In this document: positions 7,244-16,019 of the stretch, in pieces | Numbering within the stretch: the stretch's first letter is position 1 | Layout of the letters: every line of letters starts with the position of its first letter | NCBI RefSeq assembly: GCF_018336915.1 | Contig: NZ_CP064923.1 | Span: 4,860,001-4,892,000, forward strand | DNA: 32,000 nucleotides | Reading direction: 5' to 3' | Source of the DNA: Acaryochloris marina S15 | GTDB lineage: Bacteria; Cyanobacteriota; Cyanobacteriia; Thermosynechococcales; Thermosynechococcaceae | Translations under genes and position numbers: made by a program | Notes under the pieces: model-generated | Databases searched by the model: none | Seen by the model: only the letters and a program-made list of their open reading frames with translations | Told to the model about the DNA's origin: nothing

Positions 7244-8491
7244 TTGGAGATAGAACAGTTGACATCTGATATACAATCCAAGAATCAGCCAGTAGACATC
7301 AACCTAAAGCACCCAAACTCCAACCTAAAACAAGTCGGAATCATCGGTGCAGGCCCAGCCGGACTAGCAACAGCAATCACCCTCAGAAAGCAAGGCATAG
7401 ATGTCCACATCTATGAACGCGCCAAAGCCTTTCGACCCATTGGCGCAGGCGTCACCCTATCCCCCAACGGCATCAGAAGCCTAGCCGCCATTGATGCCGA
7501 TATTGTCCAGCAACTTAAACAGCAAGGCTCACAACTCAATCGCTTCCGAATCAGAACCACTAGAGGATGGCCCATCCTCAACCAACCCGTCAAAGACGAC
7601 GAATACGATCAGCCCTTCCTAGCCATTCGCTGGTTTAGCCTCCAAGAAATCATGAGGGCCAAACTCCCCCCAGAAATCCTGCATCTCAATCATCAACTCA
7701 TTCACTTTGAGCAGACCCAGCAAGGCGTCAACCTGTCCTTTGAAAATGGCGAAACGGCAAGCGTTGATCTCCTCATTGGTGCAGACGGCATTCGTTCCGT
7801 CGTTCGTAAACAGCTCTTTGGCCTAGAAGACCCAGCCTATGGGGGCTGGATGACCTGGCGTGGTGTTCAAAAATATCAGCATCGTTTGCTCCCTCCTCAC
7901 CACACCACCATTTTTGCCACAGGCGGCAAGAGCCTAATTCTTCTAGATAACGCTCAAGGTTACGTTTCTTGGGCATTGGAGATGGCCACTCCCACCGTTA
8001 TTCGTTCCCAAAACCCCGAAGCAGCAAAAGCCCAAGTCCTCAAAGAACTCTCCAACTGGCATCCTGCCCTGCAAGAACTGATCAACCTAACAGATGCAAA
8101 TACGATCGTTGAAAGACCCGTTTGCGAACCTATGATCTTGCCTAAATGGAGCAAAGACAGAGTTACCCTAGTCGGGGATGCCGCCCATCCCATGGCCCCC
8201 TTTTTAGGACAGGGCACTAACACCACTTTTGAAGATGTGTTGGCACTGTCCACCTGTATCTCCCAACAGGAAACTCTAGAAGCCGTTTTAAAAAAGTACG
8301 AAGCCAGTCGTATAGAACGCGCCCATATCATTCAATATCGGACGATGTTTTCTGCAGCTCAAATGCGTAACCCTTTTCTGCGACCCCAATGGTTTAAGAC
8401 ACCATTAGGAACAGTGCCCAACCAAGCCAAAGTCAGTGAAAAAGCGTTTTCAGATTGGCTGTATCAGTATGATCCAAGCGCCCAAACTTAG
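7244..8491 (+). CDS. FAD-dependent aromatic-ring monooxygenase (salicylate-hydroxylase/UbiH-like)
   Basis: 415 aa. GxGxxG IIGAGPAGLA, GADGIRSVVR, GDAAHPMAPFLGQGTNTTFED. Only a TTG start is available after the in-frame stop at 7229. Confidence 0.85.
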   Translation: MEIEQLTSDIQSKNQPVDINLKHPNSNLKQVGIIGAGPAGLATAITLRKQGIDVHIYERAKAFRPIGAGVTLSPNGIRSLAAIDADIVQQLKQQGSQLNRFRIRTTRGWPILNQPVKDDEYDQPFLAIRWFSLQEIMRAKLPPEILHLNHQLIHFEQTQQGVNLSFENGETASVDLLIGADGIRSVVRKQLFGLEDPAYGGWMTWRGVQKYQHRLLPPHHTTIFATGGKSLILLDNAQGYVSWALEMATPTVIRSQNPEAAKAQVLKELSNWHPALQELINLTDANTIVERPVCEPMILPKWSKDRVTLVGDAAHPMAPFLGQGTNTTFEDVLALSTCISQQETLEAVLKKYEASRIERAHIIQYRTMFSAAQMRNPFLRPQWFKTPLGTVPNQAKVSEKAFSDWLYQYDPSAQT

Positions 8492-8590
8492 CCGAGAACT
8501 GGAACGAAATACTCTTAATTCAAAGGCCAAAGGGCATAGGCTCAGATCCATTCCAGGAATCCAGCTTTATTCCCTCTACTATCAGTCCTT

Positions 8591-8630
8591 AAACAAACAA
8601 AAATAAAGCGCCCCCGGAGGAGCACTTTAT
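8591..8630 (-). terminator. Rho-independent terminator of psbA copy 1
   Basis: On the minus-strand RNA, AAAGUGCUCC-UCCG-GGGGCGCUUU forms a stem that includes G-U pairs. It is followed by a UUUAUUUUUGUUUGUUU tract, 64 nt after the stop. Confidence 0.5.
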
Positions 8631-8658
8631 TCAAATTAGATTCTCAGTTTAACTGAGG

Positions 8659-9789
8659 TTCAACCTTTAATTCAGAACTAAGTTAGTTCAGGAATTAGCC
8701 GTTGATGACAGGAGCAGTAAGAGCAACAGGAGCAGACTCACCAGCAGCCAAGTCTAAGGGGAAGTTATGAGCATTGCGCTCGTGCATAACTTCGAAACCT
8801 AGGTTTGCGCGGTTAAGAACGTCAGCCCATGTGTTCACAACGTTACCTTGTGAATCAACGATGGAGTGGTTGAAGTTGAATCCGTTCAAGTTGAAAGCCA
8901 TGGTGCTGATGCCCATTGCAGTCAACCAGATGCAGACAACGGGCCAGGCACCCAAGAAGAAGTGCAAGGAACGGCTGTTGCTGAAAGATGCATATTGGAA
9001 GATCAAACGACCGAAGTAGCCGTGGGCTGCAACGATGTTATAGGTCTCTTCCTCTTGGCCGAACTTGTAACCGTAGTTGGCGGACTCACCTTCGGTGGTC
9101 TCACGAACTAGGGTGGAGCTAACCAAGGAACCGTGCATGGCGGCGAATAAGGAACCACCCAAGACTCCAGCCACACCAAACATGTGGAAGGGGTGCATCA
9201 AGATGTTGTGCTCAGCTTGGAACACGAACATGAAGTTGAAGGTTCCGCTGATGCCTAGAGGCATGCCGTCGGAGAAGCTGCCCTGACCTAGTGGGTAGAT
9301 CAAGAAGACGGAGTAGGTAGCAGCCAATGGTGCAGAGTAAGCTACGCAAATCCAAGGACGCATCCCTAGGCGATAGCTATATTCCCACTGACGGCCTAGG
9401 TAGCAAATACAACCAATCATGTAATGGAAGATGATTAGCTGGTAAGGGCCACCGTTGTACAACCACTCGTCTAGAGAAGCTGCTTCCCAAATGGGATACA
9501 GGTGAAGACCAATAGCGTTAGAGGAAGGAACAACGGCACCAGTGATGATGTTGTTGCCATATAAAAGTGAACCAGCTACGGGCTCACGGATTCCATCGAT
9601 GTCGACGGGAGGGGCGCCAATAAAGGCGATTACGAAACAGGTTACAGCGGTGAGAAGGGTAGGAATCATCAATACGCCGAACCAACCGATGTATAAACGG
9701 TTGTTGGTGCTGGTGATGAAGCTACAGAATCTTTCCCATGCGCTGGCGCTTTCGCGTCTTTGCAAGACTGTTGTCATGGTTATGATTGC
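8659..9789. repeat. Tandem direct repeat unit 1 (psbA CDS plus 36 nt 3' and 12 nt 5' flank)
   Basis: My line-by-line comparison with 10129-11259 found all 1131 nt identical except 8691 g versus 10161 a. Period is 1470 bp. Confidence 0.95.
8695..9777 (-). CDS. psbA: Photosystem II reaction-centre protein D1 (copy 1)
   Basis: 360 aa, unmistakable D1. Tyr161, Asp170, Glu189, His190 and [13 protein letters not shown] are present. C-terminus is ..HNFPLDLA followed by a 16-aa extension. Residue 130 is Gln. Confidence 0.98.
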   Translation of the reverse strand: MTTVLQRRESASAWERFCSFITSTNNRLYIGWFGVLMIPTLLTAVTCFVIAFIGAPPVDIDGIREPVAGSLLYGNNIITGAVVPSSNAIGLHLYPIWEAASLDEWLYNGGPYQLIIFHYMIGCICYLGRQWEYSYRLGMRPWICVAYSAPLAATYSVFLIYPLGQGSFSDGMPLGISGTFNFMFVFQAEHNILMHPFHMFGVAGVLGGSLFAAMHGSLVSSTLVRETTEGESANYGYKFGQEEETYNIVAAHGYFGRLIFQYASFSNSRSLHFFLGAWPVVCIWLTAMGISTMAFNLNGFNFNHSIVDSQGNVVNTWADVLNRANLGFEVMHERNAHNFPLDLAAGESAPVALTAPVING

Positions 9790-9860
9790 GGTTAAAGAAT
9801 ATATTGGGTATGAATATGAGGAGGTAGCTCAGATAAATCTTGGTTAACTCCTTCCACATC

Positions 9861-9889
9861 ATCATAACCGACTTGTTTACATTTGTAAA
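9861..9889 (-). promoter_or_regulatory. psbA copy 1 sigma70-type promoter
   Basis: On the minus strand: TTTACA (9889-9884), 17 nt spacer, TATGAT (9866-9861), about 80 nt upstream of the ATG. The -35 lies inside the palindrome GTTTACA-TT-TGTAAAC (9875-9890). Confidence 0.55.
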
Positions 9890-10039
9890 CTTTTTAAGAG
9901 TTTCTTCACATAAATGTCATTGAGTCAGTCGAGACTATCTAGCTCTAACGACCAAGGCATGAGCATTTAGGGAGAATAGAAGGTCTATGATAGGTGGCTG
10001 AAGAGAATATTTGAGAGTGAATCAGAACACTCTGCCATT

Positions 10040-10075
10040 AAAAAGCTCCCCTGGTACTCTGACCTAGAGGAGCTT
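10040..10075 (-). terminator. Second (tandem) terminator-like hairpin downstream of psbA copy 2
   Basis: AAGCTCC (10043-10049) pairs with GGAGCTT (10069-10075), with extra pairs after a bulge. On the minus-strand RNA it is followed by UUUUUAAU. Confidence 0.4.
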
Positions 10076-10083
10076 CTATATAG

Positions 10084-10130
10084 TAAAAAAATAAGGTCTG
10101 CCTTCAATAAATGAGGGCAGACCTTATTTT
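10084..10130 (-). terminator. Rho-independent terminator of psbA copy 2 (bidirectional shape)
   Basis: ATAAGGTCTGCC..GGCAGACCTTAT is a 12-bp perfect stem (10091-10126). It is flanked by an A-run on the left and TTTT on the right, so the minus-strand RNA ends in a U7 tract. Confidence 0.65.
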
Positions 10131-11259
10131 CAACCTTTAATTCAGAACTAAGTTAGTTCAAGAATTAGCCGTTGATGACAGGAGCAGTAAGAGCAACAGG
10201 AGCAGACTCACCAGCAGCCAAGTCTAAGGGGAAGTTATGAGCATTGCGCTCGTGCATAACTTCGAAACCTAGGTTTGCGCGGTTAAGAACGTCAGCCCAT
10301 GTGTTCACAACGTTACCTTGTGAATCAACGATGGAGTGGTTGAAGTTGAATCCGTTCAAGTTGAAAGCCATGGTGCTGATGCCCATTGCAGTCAACCAGA
10401 TGCAGACAACGGGCCAGGCACCCAAGAAGAAGTGCAAGGAACGGCTGTTGCTGAAAGATGCATATTGGAAGATCAAACGACCGAAGTAGCCGTGGGCTGC
10501 AACGATGTTATAGGTCTCTTCCTCTTGGCCGAACTTGTAACCGTAGTTGGCGGACTCACCTTCGGTGGTCTCACGAACTAGGGTGGAGCTAACCAAGGAA
10601 CCGTGCATGGCGGCGAATAAGGAACCACCCAAGACTCCAGCCACACCAAACATGTGGAAGGGGTGCATCAAGATGTTGTGCTCAGCTTGGAACACGAACA
10701 TGAAGTTGAAGGTTCCGCTGATGCCTAGAGGCATGCCGTCGGAGAAGCTGCCCTGACCTAGTGGGTAGATCAAGAAGACGGAGTAGGTAGCAGCCAATGG
10801 TGCAGAGTAAGCTACGCAAATCCAAGGACGCATCCCTAGGCGATAGCTATATTCCCACTGACGGCCTAGGTAGCAAATACAACCAATCATGTAATGGAAG
10901 ATGATTAGCTGGTAAGGGCCACCGTTGTACAACCACTCGTCTAGAGAAGCTGCTTCCCAAATGGGATACAGGTGAAGACCAATAGCGTTAGAGGAAGGAA
11001 CAACGGCACCAGTGATGATGTTGTTGCCATATAAAAGTGAACCAGCTACGGGCTCACGGATTCCATCGATGTCGACGGGAGGGGCGCCAATAAAGGCGAT
11101 TACGAAACAGGTTACAGCGGTGAGAAGGGTAGGAATCATCAATACGCCGAACCAACCGATGTATAAACGGTTGTTGGTGCTGGTGATGAAGCTACAGAAT
11201 CTTTCCCATGCGCTGGCGCTTTCGCGTCTTTGCAAGACTGTTGTCATGGTTATGATTGC
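10129..11259. repeat. Tandem direct repeat unit 2 (psbA CDS plus flanks)
   Basis: See unit 1. Identity breaks at 11260 (t versus g) and to the left of 10129. Confidence 0.95.
10165..11247 (-). CDS. psbA: Photosystem II reaction-centre protein D1 (copy 2, protein identical to copy 1)
   Basis: The 360-aa translation is identical to copy 1, and the CDS nucleotides were identical in my comparison. Confidence 0.98.
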   Translation of the reverse strand: MTTVLQRRESASAWERFCSFITSTNNRLYIGWFGVLMIPTLLTAVTCFVIAFIGAPPVDIDGIREPVAGSLLYGNNIITGAVVPSSNAIGLHLYPIWEAASLDEWLYNGGPYQLIIFHYMIGCICYLGRQWEYSYRLGMRPWICVAYSAPLAATYSVFLIYPLGQGSFSDGMPLGISGTFNFMFVFQAEHNILMHPFHMFGVAGVLGGSLFAAMHGSLVSSTLVRETTEGESANYGYKFGQEEETYNIVAAHGYFGRLIFQYASFSNSRSLHFFLGAWPVVCIWLTAMGISTMAFNLNGFNFNHSIVDSQGNVVNTWADVLNRANLGFEVMHERNAHNFPLDLAAGESAPVALTAPVING

Positions 11260-11321
11260 TGAAGTATAAATTTGTATGAAATAGAAGCGCCAAGATCAAA
11301 CTTGGTTAACTTCTGTACCTG

Positions 11322-11350
11322 ATTGTAACCATCTTGTGTAAAAATGTAAA
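11322..11350 (-). promoter_or_regulatory. psbA copy 2 sigma70-type promoter
   Basis: On the minus strand: TTTACA (11350-11345), 17 nt spacer, TACAAT (11327-11322). It shares the upstream TTAAAAAG tract and the downstream GTTAACCAAG box with copy 1. Confidence 0.55.
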
Positions 11351-11389
11351 CTTTTTAATATTTTCTTAGGGTTTCGACATGGTCTTGTT

Positions 11390-11782
<393 letters not shown>

Positions 11783-11908
11783 CTACGGGAGGTCAGTCTA
11801 GGAATTCAAATCTTTAGTAGTAAAGAATAATCCAGGCGAAAATCCCCCTCCAGAGAAAGCCTGCAGAAACGTATACAGATAGTCAGGTGCGAAGTAGTAT
11901 GGTAAAGC

Positions 11909-11940
11909 GCTGTAAACGTTGCAATGTAAAGGCATGTAAA
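11909..11940 (-). promoter_or_regulatory. HLR1-like direct repeats (candidate RpaB-type site)
   Basis: The minus strand reads TTTACATG-CC-TTTACATT (11940-11923), then 6 nt, then TTTACAGC (11916-11909). The HLR1 consensus is (G/T)TTACA(T/A)(T/A)-N2-(G/T)TTACA(T/A)(T/A). Confidence 0.35.
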
Positions 11941-11996
11941 CGTTTGAGCGTGTTTCAAACTTGACAGAAATATCTCAGTAGAACCGGTAGGAAATA

Positions 11997-12743
11997 ATGA
12001 TGCATCCTCACTTGCAATCAGCTTTGGCCCAATGCCGTGCCATCAAGATTATCAGTGGCTTAAATAACTTCGATACAACCCATGTCACTGCTGTGGTAAA
12101 AGCTGCTGAACAAGGTGGAGCCACCTTTGTTGATATTGCTGCCGACCCTAATCTGATCCGCACAGTCCGACAATCAATCCAATTACCCATTTGTGTATCC
12201 GCCGTAGAACCAGAGAAATTTGTCGAAGCCGTTGCTGCAGGCGCAGATCTAATCGAAATTGGTAACTTTGATAGCTTTTATGCCCAAGGGCGTCAGTTCA
12301 ATGCAAAGGAAGTCTTAGAACTGACCTATCAAACCAGAGCCTTACTACCTACCATTCCTTTATCTGTAACCGTCCCTCACATTTTGGAATTGGATCAACA
12401 GGTCCAGCTAGCTCATGACCTAGTAAAAGCAGGAGCCAATCTGATTCAAACAGAAGGGGGCACCAGCAGTGATCCAAGTCATTCAGGCACGTTAGGATTG
12501 ATGGAGAAAGCAGCCCCCACCTTAGCGGCTGCCTATGAAATCTCCCGGTCCGTTGATATTCCAGTGCTTTGTGCCTCCGGTTTATCCAATGTCACAGCCC
12601 CCTTAGCGATTGCCGCAGGAGCCTCGGGGATTGGGGTTGGTTCAGCCATCAATCGACTGAATGATCCCTTAGCAATGGTTGCAGCCGTCCGAAGTTTAGT
12701 GGAATCCCTCCCACAATCCGTTAATCGGCCTGCGGTTGGATAA
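11997..12743 (+). CDS. ycf23: Ycf23/DUF561 TIM-barrel-like protein
   Basis: 248 aa. The N-terminal AIKIISGLNNFD..VVKAAEQGGATFVDIAADP..VCVSAV..AGADLIEIGNFD pattern is as I remember it from cyanobacterial/plastid Ycf23. Confidence 0.7.
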   Translation: MMHPHLQSALAQCRAIKIISGLNNFDTTHVTAVVKAAEQGGATFVDIAADPNLIRTVRQSIQLPICVSAVEPEKFVEAVAAGADLIEIGNFDSFYAQGRQFNAKEVLELTYQTRALLPTIPLSVTVPHILELDQQVQLAHDLVKAGANLIQTEGGTSSDPSHSGTLGLMEKAAPTLAAAYEISRSVDIPVLCASGLSNVTAPLAIAAGASGIGVGSAINRLNDPLAMVAAVRSLVESLPQSVNRPAVG

Positions 12744-12829
12744 TTTACCTTGACAACTGCTGCCTGACGGCCAGTCTGCAACCGCGACTGACTTCAATGT
12801 GGTGGCTGCATAGCCTCAGACAATAACTT

Positions 12830-12855
12830 CAATCTCCTGCATCCGCAGGAGATTG
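12830..12855 (+). other. Perfect 11-bp stem / 4-nt loop hairpin in the 5' leader of the nucleotidyltransferase gene
   Basis: CAATCTCCTGC-atcc-GCAGGAGATTG, ending 25 nt before the ATG at 12880. No U-tract follows it. Confidence 0.4.
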
Positions 12856-12879
12856 GGCGTAGTTCATGGAGCATAAATT

Positions 12880-15414
12880 ATGAGAGCCGTACTCATGGCC
12901 GGTGGGGAAGGGACTCGGTTACGACCGCTAACCTGCGATCTACCCAAGCCGATGGTACCTATTCTCAATCGACCGATTGCCGAACATATCGTTAATCTGC
13001 TCAAGCACCATCAGATCTACGAAATCATTGCTACGCTCTATTATCTCCCTGATGTCATGCGGGACTATTTCCGCGATGGGTCCGACTTTGGCGTACAGAT
13101 GACCTATGGTATCGAAGAAGAACAGGCCTTGGGAACTGCAGGCTGCGTCAAAAATATTTCTGCCCTGCTAACCCATACATTCCTGGTGATTAGCGGCGAC
13201 TGCATCACCGATTTCGATTTAACCGCCGCTATTCAGTTTCATCAAGAGAAAGGATCTAAAGCAACCCTAGTACTAGCCCGCGTTCCAAATCCAATGGAAT
13301 TTGGGGTGGTGATTACGGACGAAGAGGATCGAATTTGCCGCTTCTTAGAAAAGCCCTCCACCAGTGAAGTTTTTTCCGATACGGTCAATACCGGTATCTA
13401 CATCCTTGAACCAGAGGTTTTAGACTACCTACCCAGCGATCAACCCACTGACTTTTCCAAGGACTTGTTTCCTCTGCTCCTAGAAAAGGATGAACCGATG
13501 TTTGGCTACGTCGCCGATGGGTATTGGTGTGATGTCGGCAGTTTAGACTCCTACCGGGAAGCTCAGTATGATGCCCTACAAGGGAAAGTCCAGATTGAAT
13601 TTGCCTATCAGGAAGTGAAGCCAAGGCTGTGGATGGGACAAAACATCCATATTGATCCAGATGCGAAACTTCATCCCCCCATCCTGATTGGAGACAATTG
13701 TCGGATTGGACCCCGAGCCAATATAGAATCCGGAACCGTCGTGGGGGACAACGTCACCATTGGCAATGATGCAGATCTAAAACGGCCGATTATCTGGAAT
13801 GGAGTCTTAATTGGCGAAGAAGCCCATCTCCGAGCTTGTGTCATCGCCCGGGGTGCTCGGGTAGATCGACGGGCCCATGTCCTAGAAGGGGCAGTGGTTG
13901 GGGCTCTATCAACAGTGGGAGAAGAAGCTCAAGTTAGTCCTGGGGTGCGAGTATGGCCCAGTAAGCTGATCGAACCCGGTGCGGCCCTCAATATCAACTT
14001 AATTTGGGGGAATACTGCCCCCCGAAATCTTTTTGGTCAAAGGGGCGTCGCAGGTTTAGCGAATGTAGACATTACGCCAGAATTTGCTGTTAAGCTCGGT
14101 GCGGCCTATGCCTCGACCCTTAAACCGGATTCTCAGATCACGATTTCTCGTGATCAGCGCAGTATTTCTCGGATGGTTTCCCGATCCTTAATCTCCGGCA
14201 TCATGTCCGTGGGCATCGATGTCCAGAATCTAGAGGCAACCGCATTACCGATTGCCCGCTGTGTCCCTCGAAATGCTCTAGTGGTGGGCGGGGTTCATGT
14301 GCGGATTCATCCCGATCGATCTGACTTTATCCTGATTGAATTTTTTGATGAGCAAGGCATCAACATTTCCAAAACCAAGGAAAAGAAAATTGAAGGAGCC
14401 TACTTCAAAGAAGATTTTCGGCGAGCTCCCATTGGAGAAATTGGTGGCATTACCTATCCCGGCGTTTTATTAGATGATTACGCCCAAATTTTCGAAAAGT
14501 GGCTGAATACCACCGTTGTTCGAGAAGGTGACTTTAAGGTGGTCATCGACTATGTCTATGCCGTATCGGGTGCTGTATTACCGCGATTGCTCAGCAAATT
14601 TGGCTGTGATGCCGTGGTTCTAAATGCCAGTTTGCGAACGAAAGGCCCCACCCCAGAACAGCGGGAAGAATTACTCACTCAGTTAGGCCCTGTTGTTGAA
14701 GCCTTGAAGGCCAATTTTGGGGTCCAAGTGGCGGCCAATGGTGAACAGCTTTTACTGGTAGATGAAACAGGAAGTGCCATTCGAGGAGAGCAATTAACGG
14801 CATTGATGGTGGAGATTATTTTGACCGCCAATCCTAGGGGCACCGTTGTGGTCCCTGTGCATACTTCAAGTGCCGTCGAGCAAATTGCCCGCCGTCACGA
14901 TGCCACCGTGATTCGAACTAAGGTCAACCCTACCGCTTTAATGGAAACCTGCTGGACCAACCCCAATGTGGTGTTAGGGGGCAGTGCTGATACGGGATTT
15001 ATCTTCCCCCAGCTCCACCCCGGGTTTGATGCCATGTTTTCTATTGCCAAGCTGATTGAAATACTGACTTTGCAACAAAAATCTCTTGGGCAGCTCAAGG
15101 CCGATTTGCCCCGCATTTTTCATCGAACTCAAACTGTACGATGTCCTTGGAATCGTAAAGGGGCGCTGATGCGCTATTTAGTCGAGACCCACCCTGCTGA
15201 GACATTGGAACTCATTGATGGCGTTAAGGTCAAAGACCCAGCATCGGATAATTGGACATTAATCCTCCCCGATGCCAGCGAACCTCTAGTACATATTTTT
15301 GCCAATGGAGGCGATCGCGAGTGGGTTGATGCGACCTTAAGGGAGTATCGTCAGCGAATCCAAGAGTTTACTGAACGGGATCCGGATTTAGAAAACAATC
15401 TTGAGGAAAGCTGA
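12880..15414 (+). CDS. Sugar-1-phosphate nucleotidyltransferase with left-handed beta-helix and C-terminal phosphohexomutase-like domain
   Basis: 844 aa. N-terminus LMAGGEGTRLRPLT..PKPMVP; hexapeptide-repeat middle region; C-terminal four-domain PGM/PMM-like region (..DASEPLVHIF resembles RPSGTEP). Confidence 0.85.
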   Translation: MRAVLMAGGEGTRLRPLTCDLPKPMVPILNRPIAEHIVNLLKHHQIYEIIATLYYLPDVMRDYFRDGSDFGVQMTYGIEEEQALGTAGCVKNISALLTHTFLVISGDCITDFDLTAAIQFHQEKGSKATLVLARVPNPMEFGVVITDEEDRICRFLEKPSTSEVFSDTVNTGIYILEPEVLDYLPSDQPTDFSKDLFPLLLEKDEPMFGYVADGYWCDVGSLDSYREAQYDALQGKVQIEFAYQEVKPRLWMGQNIHIDPDAKLHPPILIGDNCRIGPRANIESGTVVGDNVTIGNDADLKRPIIWNGVLIGEEAHLRACVIARGARVDRRAHVLEGAVVGALSTVGEEAQVSPGVRVWPSKLIEPGAALNINLIWGNTAPRNLFGQRGVAGLANVDITPEFAVKLGAAYASTLKPDSQITISRDQRSISRMVSRSLISGIMSVGIDVQNLEATALPIARCVPRNALVVGGVHVRIHPDRSDFILIEFFDEQGINISKTKEKKIEGAYFKEDFRRAPIGEIGGITYPGVLLDDYAQIFEKWLNTTVVREGDFKVVIDYVYAVSGAVLPRLLSKFGCDAVVLNASLRTKGPTPEQREELLTQLGPVVEALKANFGVQVAANGEQLLLVDETGSAIRGEQLTALMVEIILTANPRGTVVVPVHTSSAVEQIARRHDATVIRTKVNPTALMETCWTNPNVVLGGSADTGFIFPQLHPGFDAMFSIAKLIEILTLQQKSLGQLKADLPRIFHRTQTVRCPWNRKGALMRYLVETHPAETLELIDGVKVKDPASDNWTLILPDASEPLVHIFANGGDREWVDATLREYRQRIQEFTERDPDLENNLEES

Positions 15415-15561
15415 TCCATTTCTTCATTCTTGGTAGACTGCCTGAGTCTGCGAGATGAAAATCAACCTCACGATGCTGAGAACCCATTGGAGTTCAGTTT
15501 GCGACTCTGCTCTTAGAAGGCTGCCATCTCCCCCAAACAGAAGATTTGAAGGATTAAATAT

Positions 15562-16014
15562 ATGAATACTTGTGTCTTAATGGCAGAGATTACCAAAGCC
15601 CCGCAACTGCGATATACCCAGGATGGACAAACGGCCATCTCCGAAATGTGGGTGCAGTTCCAACCCTTACGCTCCGGCGATCCCATGTGCACCATCAAAG
15701 TGACGGGATGGGGTAATTTGGCCCAACAAATTCAAGAACAGTTTCACGAAGGCGATCAAGTCATTATTGAGGGTCGCTTGGGTATGAATACCATCGACCG
15801 TCCCGAAGGCTTCAAAGAGAAGCAAGCTGAACTGACGGCATCTCGAATTCATACCACTGATATGTCCATCAGTGCTAGTGCTGCCCCCGCGGCATCCCCT
15901 GCACCTGCTCGTCCTCCGGCTCCGGCGGCGGCAGCAGCACCTGCGGCTATTCCAGCACCTCCTGCTCCACCCCAAGCAGAAGCAGAACCCAATTATGATG
16001 ACATTCCCTTCTAG
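15562..16014 (+). CDS. ssb: Single-stranded DNA-binding protein
   Basis: 150 aa. OB-fold N-terminus (LMAEITKAPQLRYTQDG..), Ala/Pro-rich linker, acidic tip ending DDIPF. Confidence 0.9.
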   Translation: MNTCVLMAEITKAPQLRYTQDGQTAISEMWVQFQPLRSGDPMCTIKVTGWGNLAQQIQEQFHEGDQVIIEGRLGMNTIDRPEGFKEKQAELTASRIHTTDMSISASAAPAASPAPARPPAPAAAAAPAAIPAPPAPPQAEAEPNYDDIPF

Positions 16015-16019
16015 TTTGC

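Noticed and set aside
8774-11269. Duplicated sets of plus-strand ORFs (81, 81, 69 and 101/85 aa) inside both psbA copies
   Set aside because: They are antisense to psbA and are duplicated only because the psbA DNA is duplicated. They are not independent evidence of coding.
11335-11350. HLR1 element at the psbA copy 2 promoter (minus strand GTTTACATTTTTACAC)
   Set aside because: The two TTACA cores are 8 nt apart, not the 10 nt of the HLR1 consensus. Copy 1 has an inverted rather than direct arrangement. I treat these as -35 context only.
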